DNA from: Patescibacteria group bacterium
GTDB taxonomy: Bacteria; Patescibacteriota; Minisyncoccia; Phycocordibacterales; Phycocordibacteraceae
Reading direction: 5' to 3'
Assembly (NCBI GenBank): GCA_018971045.1
Contig: JAGWVF010000002.1
Span: 65,133-129,132 of the forward strand
Length of the DNA stretch: 64,000 bases
The stretch's first letter is position 1, and each line of letters begins with the position of its first letter. The position numbers were made by a program, and so were the translations under genes. Shown in pieces: positions 27,730-37,439 of this stretch. Under the pieces are notes generated by a model, which worked only from the letters and a program-made list of their open reading frames with translations, was not told the DNA's origin and did no database searches.

Positions 27730-29394
27730 TTACGGCATCGTCTCTGCCATATCGCGTTTGATATCCTCGAAAGTTCCTCCGACTTTTTTACCCGGATTCA
27801 GAATTTCCTGCGGATCGAATATTGTCTTCGTCTTCTTGAAGAGCGCGATCATCTCGTCGCCAAAGAGCATCGGGAGATACGGCGTGCGGATAATGCCGTC
27901 GTTATGTTCGCCGGTAGTGGTACCGCCCTCCTTGATGACGAGCTCGTACACCTTCGGGGCGAGATCGAGGATCACTTGGCGGTTATCTTCTTTCGTAAGG
28001 TCCATGAGCGGAATGATGTGGAAATTGCCGTTGCCGATATGGCCCGCGATCGTGTAGATAAAGTGCTTAGAATATTCGGCGAGAAGCGCGTTCAGCTTCG
28101 GCAAGAATTCCGGATAGCTCTCCGGCGGGACGACGAAGTCGTCGATAAAGGGCGCGGTGTGCAGTCCGCGGACGTTCTTGCGCAAGAGATTGAAGCTCTC
28201 GCGGCGAATAATCCAATACTTCTCCGATTCTTTTTCATTCTTTTCGATCTTCATCTCCAAATGCATGTCGGCTAAAGTCTCTTTCGCCGCCTGCGCTTTC
28301 ATATCGGCTTCTTCGATCGTGTCTTCGGCAAATTCGGCCATGAGGATCATTTTCGGAACGCCGCCCGTCGCTACCAGCGCCGCTTCGGGGATGAGGTCGA
28401 TGCCGAGTTTTGCGGCGCGCACGAACCCCATTTGCGCGAGCATTTGGGGCATGAACTTTACGGCAAGGGTGAAGGTGTTGTCGTCATAGGATTCAAACGA
28501 CTCAGGATGCTGAGGGAGAACCCGCTTCACGATCTCGGGTAACGGCGCGATGTCGTAGAGGAAAACGACCAGCATCGCGCGGTGTTCCTTCGGCTTGACC
28601 AGCGCGAGCTTCGCACTGGTCCAGAGCGCGAGCGTGCCTTGCGAGCCGCAGATAAGCTTCGCGAGATTGAAGGTGCCGTTCTTCGGATCTTTGATATCCC
28701 AGAGGCCGTAGCCGGCGGAATTTTTTGACACTTTCGGCCGCTTCGCTTCGATAAGAGCGGCGTTCTTCTCGAGGAGCGCGTCCATCTCGCGGTAGATTTC
28801 GCCCTCAAGGTTCTGAAGTTTTTTCTTCTCTTCAAGCTCGGCGGCGGTGAGCGGCTTGAAGCGGGCTGATGAGCCGTCAGAAAGGACGACATCCATCTCT
28901 TCGATATAGCGCTCGGTCTTACCGTATTCGAGGGTGCGTTCGCCGCCCGAGTTGTTGGAGACGATGCCGCCCATGGCGGCGATCTCGCGGCTCGCCGGAT
29001 AGGAGGGAAGGACGAGCCCTTTCTCGAGCGTCGCCTTCTCAAAGTCGCGGTAATAGACGCCCGGCTCAGTCGTCGCCCAACCGTCTCCGACTTCGCCCAT
29101 ATGGTTCATATGCTTGGTGAACGATACAACGACTCCGGTAGTCAAAGGGCCGCCCGACATATCGGTTCCGGCGGATCGAGCAGTAAGCGATACGGACTCG
29201 CCCTCCGCCTTCCTGCGGGCAATCTCCTTCACGATCGCGCTTACGTCGTTTGCATCCTTAGGAAAGACCACGAGTTCGGGCATCCGTTCGAAAAGCGACG
29301 TGTCGCGGCTGTTCGCCTTCAGGGTTTCCGCATCATCCGCCACCTCGCCCCGTATCGTCTCCGCAATCGACTTCTTCAATTCTTCAGTATTCAT
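27730..29394 (-). CDS. FAD-binding oxidoreductase (GlcD/D-lactate dehydrogenase-like)
   Basis: RSAGTDMSGG, GGIVSNNSGG, GSQGTL, GHIGNGNFH, GEHNDG, LNPGK. Confidence 0.9.
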   Translation of the reverse strand: MNTEELKKSIAETIRGEVADDAETLKANSRDTSLFERMPELVVFPKDANDVSAIVKEIARRKAEGESVSLTARSAGTDMSGGPLTTGVVVSFTKHMNHMGEVGDGWATTEPGVYYRDFEKATLEKGLVLPSYPASREIAAMGGIVSNNSGGERTLEYGKTERYIEEMDVVLSDGSSARFKPLTAAELEEKKKLQNLEGEIYREMDALLEKNAALIEAKRPKVSKNSAGYGLWDIKDPKNGTFNLAKLICGSQGTLALWTSAKLALVKPKEHRAMLVVFLYDIAPLPEIVKRVLPQHPESFESYDDNTFTLAVKFMPQMLAQMGFVRAAKLGIDLIPEAALVATGGVPKMILMAEFAEDTIEEADMKAQAAKETLADMHLEMKIEKNEKESEKYWIIRRESFNLLRKNVRGLHTAPFIDDFVVPPESYPEFLPKLNALLAEYSKHFIYTIAGHIGNGNFHIIPLMDLTKEDNRQVILDLAPKVYELVIKEGGTTTGEHNDGIIRTPYLPMLFGDEMIALFKKTKTIFDPQEILNPGKKVGGTFEDIKRDMAETMP

Positions 29395-29490
29395 ATCTGA
29401 ATAGTATACCCGCAGTACGGCGTTTTTGTCCCATGTTCAACCGCTATGCTGATGGGGAAAGTACTCTCCAGCCGGTTCATTATAATTGGG

Positions 29491-29518
29491 TTGACAAATA
29501 TGTATAGCCGTGTATACT
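29491..29518 (+). promoter_or_regulatory. Near-consensus sigma-70 promoter with no downstream CDS
   Basis: TTGACA-N16-TATACT. Confidence 0.75.
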
Positions 29519-29524
29519 GAATAT

Positions 29525-29784
29525 GCTTGTTCGGTTCGGGTCATACCCCGTTCGCCTCTCTCGAGCAGAGGTAGAAGTCATAACCCCAGCAAGCGCCGTA
29601 TCGGCGAGAGCTGCAACCGCCGGTACGTACCTCGGGTGTTCCTCGAGCGCAGCCGCCACTACCTAGCCGTGGACGATACTGTAGCGGAAGGGTGAGAGCG
29701 ATGGGATGCTAGGCGCCCGGGGATTGGTCCCCAAAACAAATCGCTCTCACCCGCAGGGCCCCGTTTCGACGGCGGCCCTTTTTT
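29525..29784 (+). ncRNA. Candidate structured non-coding RNA of unknown family
   Basis: Bounded by promoter and terminator; series of hairpins including a perfect 13-bp stem 29690-29702/29740-29752. Confidence 0.6.
29756..29784 (+). terminator. Intrinsic terminator
   Basis: GGGCC-CCGT-TTCG-ACGG-C-GGCCC followed by TTTTTT. Confidence 0.8.
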
Positions 29785-30664
29785 ATTTCTCCATTTTATA
29801 GTGGTTGCGAGTTGTCGATTTTTCCAACTCGGAACGAGTCAGTTTTCGGATCCAAGCCTTTTGACGGCGGGCGTATTGCCAGAGCTTCGCGGAGAGGGTC
29901 GGGAACAGCGACGCTTCATCGCGCTCGCCGCGCAGATACTCGCCCACGATTTTGTATTCAAGGCCAAATTCATTCAGACGCTCGTCTCCCGTTCGTTCAC
30001 GAACCCGGCGAACTTCGTCAATGAGGCCGTGCGCAAGCGCGCTCGCGAGGCGCGCGTCAATCCGAGCGCGCAGCTCTTCGCGGGGCGGATCGAGGATAAT
30101 CCACTCGGCATTATAGGGCGGCATAATCCGCGTTCGTTCCGGAACCGATCCTCTATCCGCAATGATCTCGAGCGCGCGGATAATCCGGCGGCGGTTCTGC
30201 GGATCGAGATCGGCGGCGCGGCGCCCGTCTAAGGAGACGATGCGAGCGTACAATTCTTCAGTCGGCACGTCTTTAAGGCTTTCGCGAAAGGCGGGATCCG
30301 TCTTGACGCCCGGCAGTCCCGACAGAAGCGCGTCAAAATAGAAGTGAGTTCCGCCGGCGAGGATCGGCCGTTTCCCGCGAGCCGCGATCTCGATGATGAG
30401 ATTCGCCGCATCGGCGGCGAAGTCGCCCGCTGAGTAAGTCTCTTCCGGATCGCGGATATCGATCAGATGGTGGGGGATGCCGAGCATCTCTTCGGGAGAA
30501 ATCTTCTCGGTCCCGATATCGAGCCCGCGATACACTTGGCGCGAGTCGACCGATATGATTTCTCCCCCGCGCTCGAGAGCCTCGCGTATCGCGCGCGCCG
30601 ATTTACCCGAGGCCGTTGGCCCCGCGATGCAGATAATATGCGGAGGTTGTGCCTTGCCGGACAT
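29783..30664 (-). CDS. miaA: tRNA dimethylallyltransferase
   Basis: GPTASGKS, DSRQVYRGLDIGT, PHHLID, GGTHFY, YARRQ. Confidence 0.96.
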   Translation of the reverse strand: MSGKAQPPHIICIAGPTASGKSARAIREALERGGEIISVDSRQVYRGLDIGTEKISPEEMLGIPHHLIDIRDPEETYSAGDFAADAANLIIEIAARGKRPILAGGTHFYFDALLSGLPGVKTDPAFRESLKDVPTEELYARIVSLDGRRAADLDPQNRRRIIRALEIIADRGSVPERTRIMPPYNAEWIILDPPREELRARIDARLASALAHGLIDEVRRVRERTGDERLNEFGLEYKIVGEYLRGERDEASLFPTLSAKLWQYARRQKAWIRKLTRSELEKSTTRNHYKMEK

Positions 30665-30716
30665 GCGAGTAAGATGATAAGCGAACCTTACACCGTATCC
30701 AATAACCCTGCCATCT

Positions 30717-31376
30717 ATGAAAGAAACCAAGAGCAATTATTGCGAGAACTGCGGCGAATTCCACGACGCGGTGCGCGACTACCTCTCGCAAGTGAAGGTC
30801 GGCGAGACGGTGCCCGATTTCGAATTCGAAGCATTCCATCAAGGAGAGATTAAGCTCATGAGCCTTTCGAAGTTGCGCGGAAAATGGACCGTCCTCGTCT
30901 TCTATCCGGCCGACTTCACCTTCGTCTGCCCGACCGAGCTCGAGGAGCTCGCGAAGCTGTATCCCAAATTCCAGGCGCAGAACGCGGAGATTATTTCGAT
31001 TTCTTCCGATACCGTATTCACCCACAAAGCATGGCACGAAGTTTCGCCGGGGATTAAAGAGATTAAATATCCCATGGCGGCCGATCCCTCGAGCAAGCTC
31101 GCGTATGCCTTCGGCGTACTCGTTGAAGGCGGAGAAGCGGCGTTCACTCCCGATGAGGGATTGGCTTTACGGGGAACGTTTATTATCGATCCGAACGGTA
31201 TACTTCGTTCGATGGAGATAACCGATAACTCAATCGGCAGGAAGGGCGCGGAAACATTACGGAAGCTCCAGGCGGCGCAGTACGTAGAAACGCACAAAGG
31301 CAAGGTCTGTCCGGCCTCGTGGGAGCCGGGAGAAGATCCGCTCGAACCGGGTCTCGATCTCGTCGGAAAGCTGTAA
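30717..31376 (+). CDS. ahpC: 2-Cys peroxiredoxin (AhpC)
   Basis: FYPADFTFVCPTE and VCPASW. Confidence 0.94.
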   Translation: MKETKSNYCENCGEFHDAVRDYLSQVKVGETVPDFEFEAFHQGEIKLMSLSKLRGKWTVLVFYPADFTFVCPTELEELAKLYPKFQAQNAEIISISSDTVFTHKAWHEVSPGIKEIKYPMAADPSSKLAYAFGVLVEGGEAAFTPDEGLALRGTFIIDPNGILRSMEITDNSIGRKGAETLRKLQAAQYVETHKGKVCPASWEPGEDPLEPGLDLVGKL

Positions 31377-31420
31377 ATAGAGAAATCAACGGTGCGCTAC
31401 GAGAAAGCACATCATACGTG

Positions 31421-31502
31421 TGCTGGAGGTGGGAATCGAACCCACAACCCTTGCGGGACGGGATTTTGAGGCCCGCGCGTATACCTATTCCGCCACTCCA
31501 GC
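31421..31502 (-). tRNA. tRNA-Leu (CAA)
   Basis: GCTGGAG/CTCCAGC acceptor stem, loop CTCAAAA, long variable arm, GGTTCGATTCC; CCA not encoded. Confidence 0.92.
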
Positions 31503-31540
31503 GTGGTACTCGTAGCGTACCATATGCTAAAATCATTACC

Positions 31541-32524
31541 ATGAAAGATGACGCGGCGTACGTACCGACAAAATACGATTCGATTTTCTGGATCGACATC
31601 GATCGAATTATTCCGAACCCCTATCAGCCGCGCAAGGACTTCACCGAAGCGGGAATCGCCTCGCTTGCCGAGAGCATCCGGCAGTACGGCGTGCTCCAGC
31701 CGCTCGTCGTCAGCCGTTCGGAGGTCGAGAAGCCAGAGGGCGGTCTCGAGAGCGTCTACGAGCTCGTGGCGGGCGAGCGGCGTCTCCGCGCGAGTAAGCT
31801 CGCCGGACTAAAGCAGGTGCCGGTCGTGATTCGACACGGAGAGAATAACCTCACCAAGCTCGAACTCGCGATTATCGAGAACCTTCAGCGCGAAGATCTG
31901 AACGCGATCGATCGCGCCAAAGCGCTCGCGAGACTCATCGAGGAATTCGGCATTTCCCACGCCGAGACCGCGGCGAAGATCGGCAAGAGCCGCGAATACG
32001 TTTCAAACAGCCTGCGGCTTCTCTCGTTGCCGCAACATATGCAGGATGCCGTCGTCGCGCGCGAGATCAATGAGGGTCACGCCCGCCCGCTCCTCTCGCT
32101 CATCGAACGCCCCGAGGAGCAAGAGGCGCTTTTCAAGGAGATCATTCTCAAGAAACTGCCGGTGCGCCACGCGGAGCGGATCGCGCGCTCGATCGCTCAG
32201 GAGCGCGTACATAAAAAGAACCGCAAGTCGCCCGAGATGGTGGAAATCGAGAAATCATTGACCGAGACGCTTGGCACGCGCGTGATTATCGAACAGAACG
32301 CCGAGGGCGGCCGCCTTCTGATCGACTTCTTTTCTCCCGACGACCTCCAACTGCTCATCGATGCGCTGGCTTCTCGAGAAGCCGGAGTAACGACCCCTCC
32401 ATCCGCGCCGGAGATGCCGGTTTTCCCCAACACCACGCCGGTATCCGACGATTTCATCATCGCTCCGCCCGCGCCTGAAGAGGTTGACGATGAGCTCTAC
32501 TCGGTTACGAACTTCACGGTCTAG
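31541..32524 (+). CDS. parB: ParB/Spo0J partition protein
   Basis: PNPYQPRK, GVLQP, AGERRLRA, IENLQREDL, HTH. Confidence 0.94.
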   Translation: MKDDAAYVPTKYDSIFWIDIDRIIPNPYQPRKDFTEAGIASLAESIRQYGVLQPLVVSRSEVEKPEGGLESVYELVAGERRLRASKLAGLKQVPVVIRHGENNLTKLELAIIENLQREDLNAIDRAKALARLIEEFGISHAETAAKIGKSREYVSNSLRLLSLPQHMQDAVVAREINEGHARPLLSLIERPEEQEALFKEIILKKLPVRHAERIARSIAQERVHKKNRKSPEMVEIEKSLTETLGTRVIIEQNAEGGRLLIDFFSPDDLQLLIDALASREAGVTTPPSAPEMPVFPNTTPVSDDFIIAPPAPEEVDDELYSVTNFTV

Positions 32525-34125
32525 TTTTTATTTTTAAGAGATTTTGAAACGAAGCGCGTGCGGCGCTTGCGGGGGGACTTATTGATCTCGGTCATGCCGA
32601 GCGCCGCCCGGATGTGCCGGCGCGCGAGCGAGGTGCGCACGAGAGTCAGCCATTTTGGCGAAGGATGAGCCGAGTCTTTCCGAATAATCTCGACGACATC
32701 GCCGTTTCCGAGCTCCGTATCGAAGGAGACGAGCTTGCCGTTGACCTTTGCGCCTTGCAGGTGATCGCCCAGGTCTGAATGAATCGCATAGGCGAAGTCG
32801 ATCGGAGTCGAGGCGGCGGGAAGGTCGATGACGTCGCCTTGCGGCGTGAAGACGAAAACGCGGTGGGAGAAGAAGTCTTCCTTGAGCCCCTCGACGAATT
32901 CTTCAGAGCCGGCGATGTCAGTGTGGGCATCGGCGAGTTCGGCGAGCCAAAGCGGCACTTTCACGACGGGCCGTTCACCGCCCTCTTTTTTGGTCACGCG
33001 CATCAGAGAGGGGATAAGCGAGCGGATCCACGAGAATGAGAGCGCCGAGAAGCGGGTTTTCTGCTCCTGTTTATCGAGTTTCTCGATATCCTTGCCGAGT
33101 TGTTTGTAGGACATATGCGACGCGATGCCGAAGGCCGCGCGCTTATGCATCTCTTCGGTGCGGATTTGGATCTCGACAATGCCCGCTTTCGGAGTGACAA
33201 CCGTGGTATGAAGCGACTGATAGCCGTTCGGTTTCGGGAAGGCGATATAATCTTTGAATTCTCCCGGGAGAGGCTTATAGAGCGCGTGCACGAGTCCGAG
33301 AGTCGTGTAGCAGTCTTCGATCGACGGTACGACGAGCCTGAGCGCGGCGATGTCGTGGATCAGATTGATATCATCGTGCTTGCGCTTCAACTTCTGATGC
33401 AGGCTCCAGAGGCCCTTCATTCGGATATCCGTGCGGAAGGCGGTCAATCCTTTTTTCGCGAGTTCGGCTTTTAGTTCTTTCTGCACCTTCTTAAGACCCT
33501 CTTCAGTTTCCTGCGTCTTCAGTTTGCGCACCTCCGCGGTGTGCAGAGCGGCATCCGGATCGATAAAGGGGAAGGCGAGATCCTCGAGGTCCCGCTTCAT
33601 CATTCCCATCCCGAGGCGGTCGGCAATGGGCGCATAGATCTCGATCGTCTCGAGCGCGATGCGGCGGCGCTTGTGTTCCGGCACATGCTCGAGCGTTTGC
33701 ATATTGTGATATCGATCCGCAAGCTTGACGATGAGCACGCGGATATCGCTCGCGGTCGCGACGAGCAGCCGGCGCAAGCTCTCCGCGTGGCGTTCGGCGC
33801 CGCGATACTTATGCGTTCCGAGCTTCGTCACGCCGTCGACGATAAAAAGGAGCTCCTTTCCGAATTCTTTTTCCATATCTTCACGCGAGACGCGCCCGTC
33901 TTCGACGGCGTCGTGGAGGAGTCCGGCGGCGATGGTAACCGTATCCATTCCGTATTCAGCGAGAATCTTAGCCGCCGCCGCCGGGTGGATGAAGTACGGC
34001 TCGCCCGAGTAGCGGGTCTGCCCCTCATGAGCCTTTTTCGAGTACTCATAAGCCCTCTCGATGTAGGCGGCGTCTTCTTTCGAGTGGTTCTCCATGAGAG
34101 CCACGATCTCCCTCGCTGTGGTCAT
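32521..34125 (-). CDS. rel: RelA/SpoT family (p)ppGpp synthetase/hydrolase (HD, synthetase, TGS; no ACT)
   Basis: SGEPYFIHP, LLHDAVED, KLADRYHNM, PKPNGYQSLHT, DFAYAIHS. Confidence 0.92.
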   Translation of the reverse strand: MTTAREIVALMENHSKEDAAYIERAYEYSKKAHEGQTRYSGEPYFIHPAAAAKILAEYGMDTVTIAAGLLHDAVEDGRVSREDMEKEFGKELLFIVDGVTKLGTHKYRGAERHAESLRRLLVATASDIRVLIVKLADRYHNMQTLEHVPEHKRRRIALETIEIYAPIADRLGMGMMKRDLEDLAFPFIDPDAALHTAEVRKLKTQETEEGLKKVQKELKAELAKKGLTAFRTDIRMKGLWSLHQKLKRKHDDINLIHDIAALRLVVPSIEDCYTTLGLVHALYKPLPGEFKDYIAFPKPNGYQSLHTTVVTPKAGIVEIQIRTEEMHKRAAFGIASHMSYKQLGKDIEKLDKQEQKTRFSALSFSWIRSLIPSLMRVTKKEGGERPVVKVPLWLAELADAHTDIAGSEEFVEGLKEDFFSHRVFVFTPQGDVIDLPAASTPIDFAYAIHSDLGDHLQGAKVNGKLVSFDTELGNGDVVEIIRKDSAHPSPKWLTLVRTSLARRHIRAALGMTEINKSPRKRRTRFVSKSLKNKN

Positions 34126-34191
34126 AGAGAAACACTATATACCACAAACACTCTTTTGTGTTTCGGCAGAAACGGGACGGCCTCCGCGCAT

Positions 34192-36603
34192 TTATTTCAA
34201 ATACTCTGCCGCTTCGGCGGGGGTGAGAGCGTCTGGTTTGGTGTCAGTGGGGAGGTAGATGCGGCGAAGACCTTTCTTTAAGAAGAGGCCCTGCTTTGAT
34301 TTATAGAGCACGAGCTCTTTACCGGTGCGGGGATGTTTGCCGATTTCTCTCACGATCTCAACTCCTCTCGGCGGCTTCTTCGGCGTCGCGAGAAGCGCGA
34401 GCGCGGTATCGAGCGTAACCGTGTAGGGGTCGCCAACGTTTGGTTTGAGCGATCGAAATTCCCCGTCGCTGCCGACGTAGGGGCCGAAGCGTCCGGTCGA
34501 CGCGAAGACGGGCTTACCCGTTCCCGGATGCATCCCGAGTTCGCGGGGGAGCGAGAGATACTTGACCGCGTCGGCGAGCGTGATCGACGAGAGGTCGGTG
34601 CCTTTAGGAATACTTGCGCGCTTGGCCGCCGTCTTGGGCCGCCCTCTTCCTTTTTTTGCTGCTTTTTTCTTTTTTGATTTCTTAATTTCGATGCCAGCAG
34701 GTTCTTCCTCAATCTTTACCTCTTCCTCTGGAAGCGCCATCTCCACATACGGCCCAAACCGTCCCGTCTTAATATAAATCGGCGCGCCCGTATCGGGGTG
34801 TGTCCCGATCGGTTCATCGCCTTTTAATTCTTCTCCCGTCTCGGTGCGCGCGCCAAGACAATCGGGATAGCGTTTACAGCTCATAAACACCCCGCCGCGC
34901 CCAAGCTTCAGTTCCATCGGAGAGCCGCAGATCGGGCAGGGGAACTTCTCGCGGTCAACATCGCCTAATGAGGTCGCCTTCGGTAACTTCTCTTTTGCCT
35001 TCACCGCCTTCTCGAATGGTCCGTAAAAAGTAGAAAGCGTCTCGGTATAGCCGCGCTCGCCGCGCGCGATCTCGTCAAGCTCGTTCTCCATTTCGGCGGT
35101 AAAGGTATCACTCACATATTCTGGGAAGTTTTCTTCGAGCCATCCGGAAACGACCATGCCGGTCGCGGTCGGCTTCAGAGCGCGGCCGAGTTTATCGACG
35201 TAACCGCGATCCTGAATCGTTTTCATAATCGCGGCATACGTCGAGGGGCGTCCGATGCCTCGCTTCTCGAGCTCCTTGATAAGGCCGGCTTCGGTATAGC
35301 GATTCGGAGGCTCGGTCTGTTTCTCATCGGCGGCGAGCGAGAGGAGCGAGAGCGGATCACCGATCGCCAGCTTCGGCAATTCATTATCTTCACCGCGCGC
35401 TCTCGTATCGAGCGCAAGCCATCCCGGGAAGATCGTGCGGGAGCCGGTGGCGGCGAAAGGCGGTATCGGCGCGTCCGCGCGGGCAGTGAGACTCGTGCGC
35501 ATAATACGCGCGGGTGCCATCTGCGACGCAAGCGCGCGTGTGCGGATCAATTCATACAGGTGCGTTTCGTCTGGCGTCGCGCCTGCCCGCTCCTTTCCGG
35601 GATCCGTGGGGCGGATCGCTTCGTGCGCTTCTTGCGCATTCTTACTCGTCGTTTTGTACGCGCGAACCTGGAGATACTCTTTGCCAAACAGGTTCTCGAT
35701 AAGTCCGGCCATCTTCGCGACGGCCTCTTTACTTAAATTGACCGAGTCGGTGCGCATGTAAGTAATGTACCCGGCCTCATAGAGCTTCTGCGCGGCGCGC
35801 ATCGTGCGCGAGGGCGCGAAGCCGAGCCGAGTCGAGGCCGTCTGCTGCAGCGTGGAGGTAGTAAAGGGTGGGCGCGGAGAGCGTTCCTCCGCTTTCTCGA
35901 TGATGTCCGCAACGCTCCACGAAGCACTGCGGCCAGCCCGCACGATGCGTTCCGATTCTTCCTTCGAACCTGGTTGTTCGACGCAGACAGCCGCGACAGT
36001 TCCGGCGCTCGACTGAAACAGCGCCGTTAAGACGAAATAGGTAACCGGATTGAAAGAGGCGATCTCGCGTTCGCGTTCGGCGAGGATCCGGAGCGCCGGC
36101 GACTGCACGCGTCCGGCCGAGAGACCGTAGCGGACTTTCTTCCAGATAAGGCCTGAGAGGTCGTAGCCAACGATGCGATCGAGGACTCTCCGGGCTTCCT
36201 GGGCGCGGCGGAGATTTTCATCGATAGTGCGCGGATGTTTGAGCGCCTCTTTAATCGCGTCCTCGGTAATTTCGTGGAAGACGACTCTCTTCGGCCTCTT
36301 CAATCCGGCGACTTCCTTGATGTGCCAGGCGATCGCTTCGCCCTCGCGATCAGGGTCAGTCGCGAGAAAAACCTCGTCGGCTTTTTTCGCGGCGCGCTCG
36401 ATTTTCTCGATCACCTCGCGTTTCTCGGCGGGAATGACGTAATGCGGGATAAAGCCGCCCTCGATATCGACGGCGTCTTTGTTCGTCTTCGGCAAGTCGC
36501 GTACATGCCCTACCGATGCGAGTACGGTATACTCCGCCCCGAGATAGTGGCCGATGGTGCGCGCCTTGGTGGGGGATTCCACGATAAGCAGTCGTTTCTC
36601 CAT
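34192..36603 (-). CDS. topA: DNA topoisomerase I
   Basis: IVESPTKA, ATDPDREGE, SAGRVQS, ITYMRTDS, AHEAIRPT, GIGRPSTY. Confidence 0.97.
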   Translation of the reverse strand: MEKRLLIVESPTKARTIGHYLGAEYTVLASVGHVRDLPKTNKDAVDIEGGFIPHYVIPAEKREVIEKIERAAKKADEVFLATDPDREGEAIAWHIKEVAGLKRPKRVVFHEITEDAIKEALKHPRTIDENLRRAQEARRVLDRIVGYDLSGLIWKKVRYGLSAGRVQSPALRILAEREREIASFNPVTYFVLTALFQSSAGTVAAVCVEQPGSKEESERIVRAGRSASWSVADIIEKAEERSPRPPFTTSTLQQTASTRLGFAPSRTMRAAQKLYEAGYITYMRTDSVNLSKEAVAKMAGLIENLFGKEYLQVRAYKTTSKNAQEAHEAIRPTDPGKERAGATPDETHLYELIRTRALASQMAPARIMRTSLTARADAPIPPFAATGSRTIFPGWLALDTRARGEDNELPKLAIGDPLSLLSLAADEKQTEPPNRYTEAGLIKELEKRGIGRPSTYAAIMKTIQDRGYVDKLGRALKPTATGMVVSGWLEENFPEYVSDTFTAEMENELDEIARGERGYTETLSTFYGPFEKAVKAKEKLPKATSLGDVDREKFPCPICGSPMELKLGRGGVFMSCKRYPDCLGARTETGEELKGDEPIGTHPDTGAPIYIKTGRFGPYVEMALPEEEVKIEEEPAGIEIKKSKKKKAAKKGRGRPKTAAKRASIPKGTDLSSITLADAVKYLSLPRELGMHPGTGKPVFASTGRFGPYVGSDGEFRSLKPNVGDPYTVTLDTALALLATPKKPPRGVEIVREIGKHPRTGKELVLYKSKQGLFLKKGLRRIYLPTDTKPDALTPAEAAEYLK

Positions 36604-36661
36604 CTGTTCACAAATAACCCGCGCACCCATTCTCGGTCAAGCCCATCGAGTAGGGTAACGG

Positions 36662-37432
36662 CTATACGTTGGCCAAAACTGGGTGATGATCCGATCCATA
36701 GAGATCGGGAATGACTTCGGCGTGGTCGAGCGTGAAGTGGCGCGACACGAGAATGTGGTCAAGCTGGGAACGCGAGAGGGGGTGGGTGATGGCGCCCGGA
36801 AGGGTGTTCACGAGCTCGTGTTCCATAAAGCGCTGTTCGATGCGGGTGCGCTCTCTGCGGTAGAGGAGCGCGTCGCTCGTACTGCCGCCCATGATCCAGT
36901 TAAGAGGCGTGATGTGGGGGGACTCGAGGATATTGAAATCGCCGCAGACGATCGTCGGGCGCGCCGGATCGCGTTCGACCATCGCCGCCTCAAACTCGCC
37001 GAAGCGGATGTTCGGATTGGCGAGGATCAGGTGGAGATTAAACACGCGCATCAAACCGGAGGGAAGGGCGAGGTCGACGAACAGCGCGCTTCGGTTATGG
37101 AGCCGGTTGAAAAAGCGCGAGGGCGCGAGGCGAATGAACCATTTTGTCCGGTTCGGGAGAAGCGGCCAATAATCGGCGAATGAAATATCTCCCTGCGTCT
37201 CGATCGGATGCTTCGACAGCACCACCAGGAAGTGTTCTTCGCGGATCCGGTTCACGAGCATTTCCCGATCGCGCGCGTATGCAAGTGAGCCGGGAAGGGT
37301 TTGCAAGCGTTTCAAGAAGTGCTTCGGGACTTCCTGAAGGCAAAAGATATCGAAATCGCTTCGGGCGATAAACTCGAATGCGCGATCAGGTTCTCTATTG
37401 CGGAAGAGCATGTTCCATGAATAAATGTTCAT
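36662..37432 (-). CDS. Endonuclease/exonuclease/phosphatase (EEP) family protein
   Basis: SWN, CLQEV, GDFN, LDHI, SDHHP; TATAAT 6 nt before ATG. Confidence 0.9.
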   Translation of the reverse strand: MNIYSWNMLFRNREPDRAFEFIARSDFDIFCLQEVPKHFLKRLQTLPGSLAYARDREMLVNRIREEHFLVVLSKHPIETQGDISFADYWPLLPNRTKWFIRLAPSRFFNRLHNRSALFVDLALPSGLMRVFNLHLILANPNIRFGEFEAAMVERDPARPTIVCGDFNILESPHITPLNWIMGGSTSDALLYRRERTRIEQRFMEHELVNTLPGAITHPLSRSQLDHILVSRHFTLDHAEVIPDLYGSDHHPVLANV

Positions 37433-37439
37433 ACGAATA

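Noticed and set aside
29510-29695. 61-aa ORF (and a 47-aa ORF at 29523-29666) in the candidate ncRNA gap
   Set aside because: Their starts lie within or too close to the promoter, there is no SD, and the sequences look non-protein-like; not fully excluded.
29525-29784. Identification as RNase P RNA, tmRNA, SRP RNA or 6S RNA
   Set aside because: No GAGGAAAGTC core, no tRNA-like ends or T-loop, no SRP GGAA-loop motif, and the fold is multi-hairpin rather than a single rod; a divergent member needs a covariance search to exclude.
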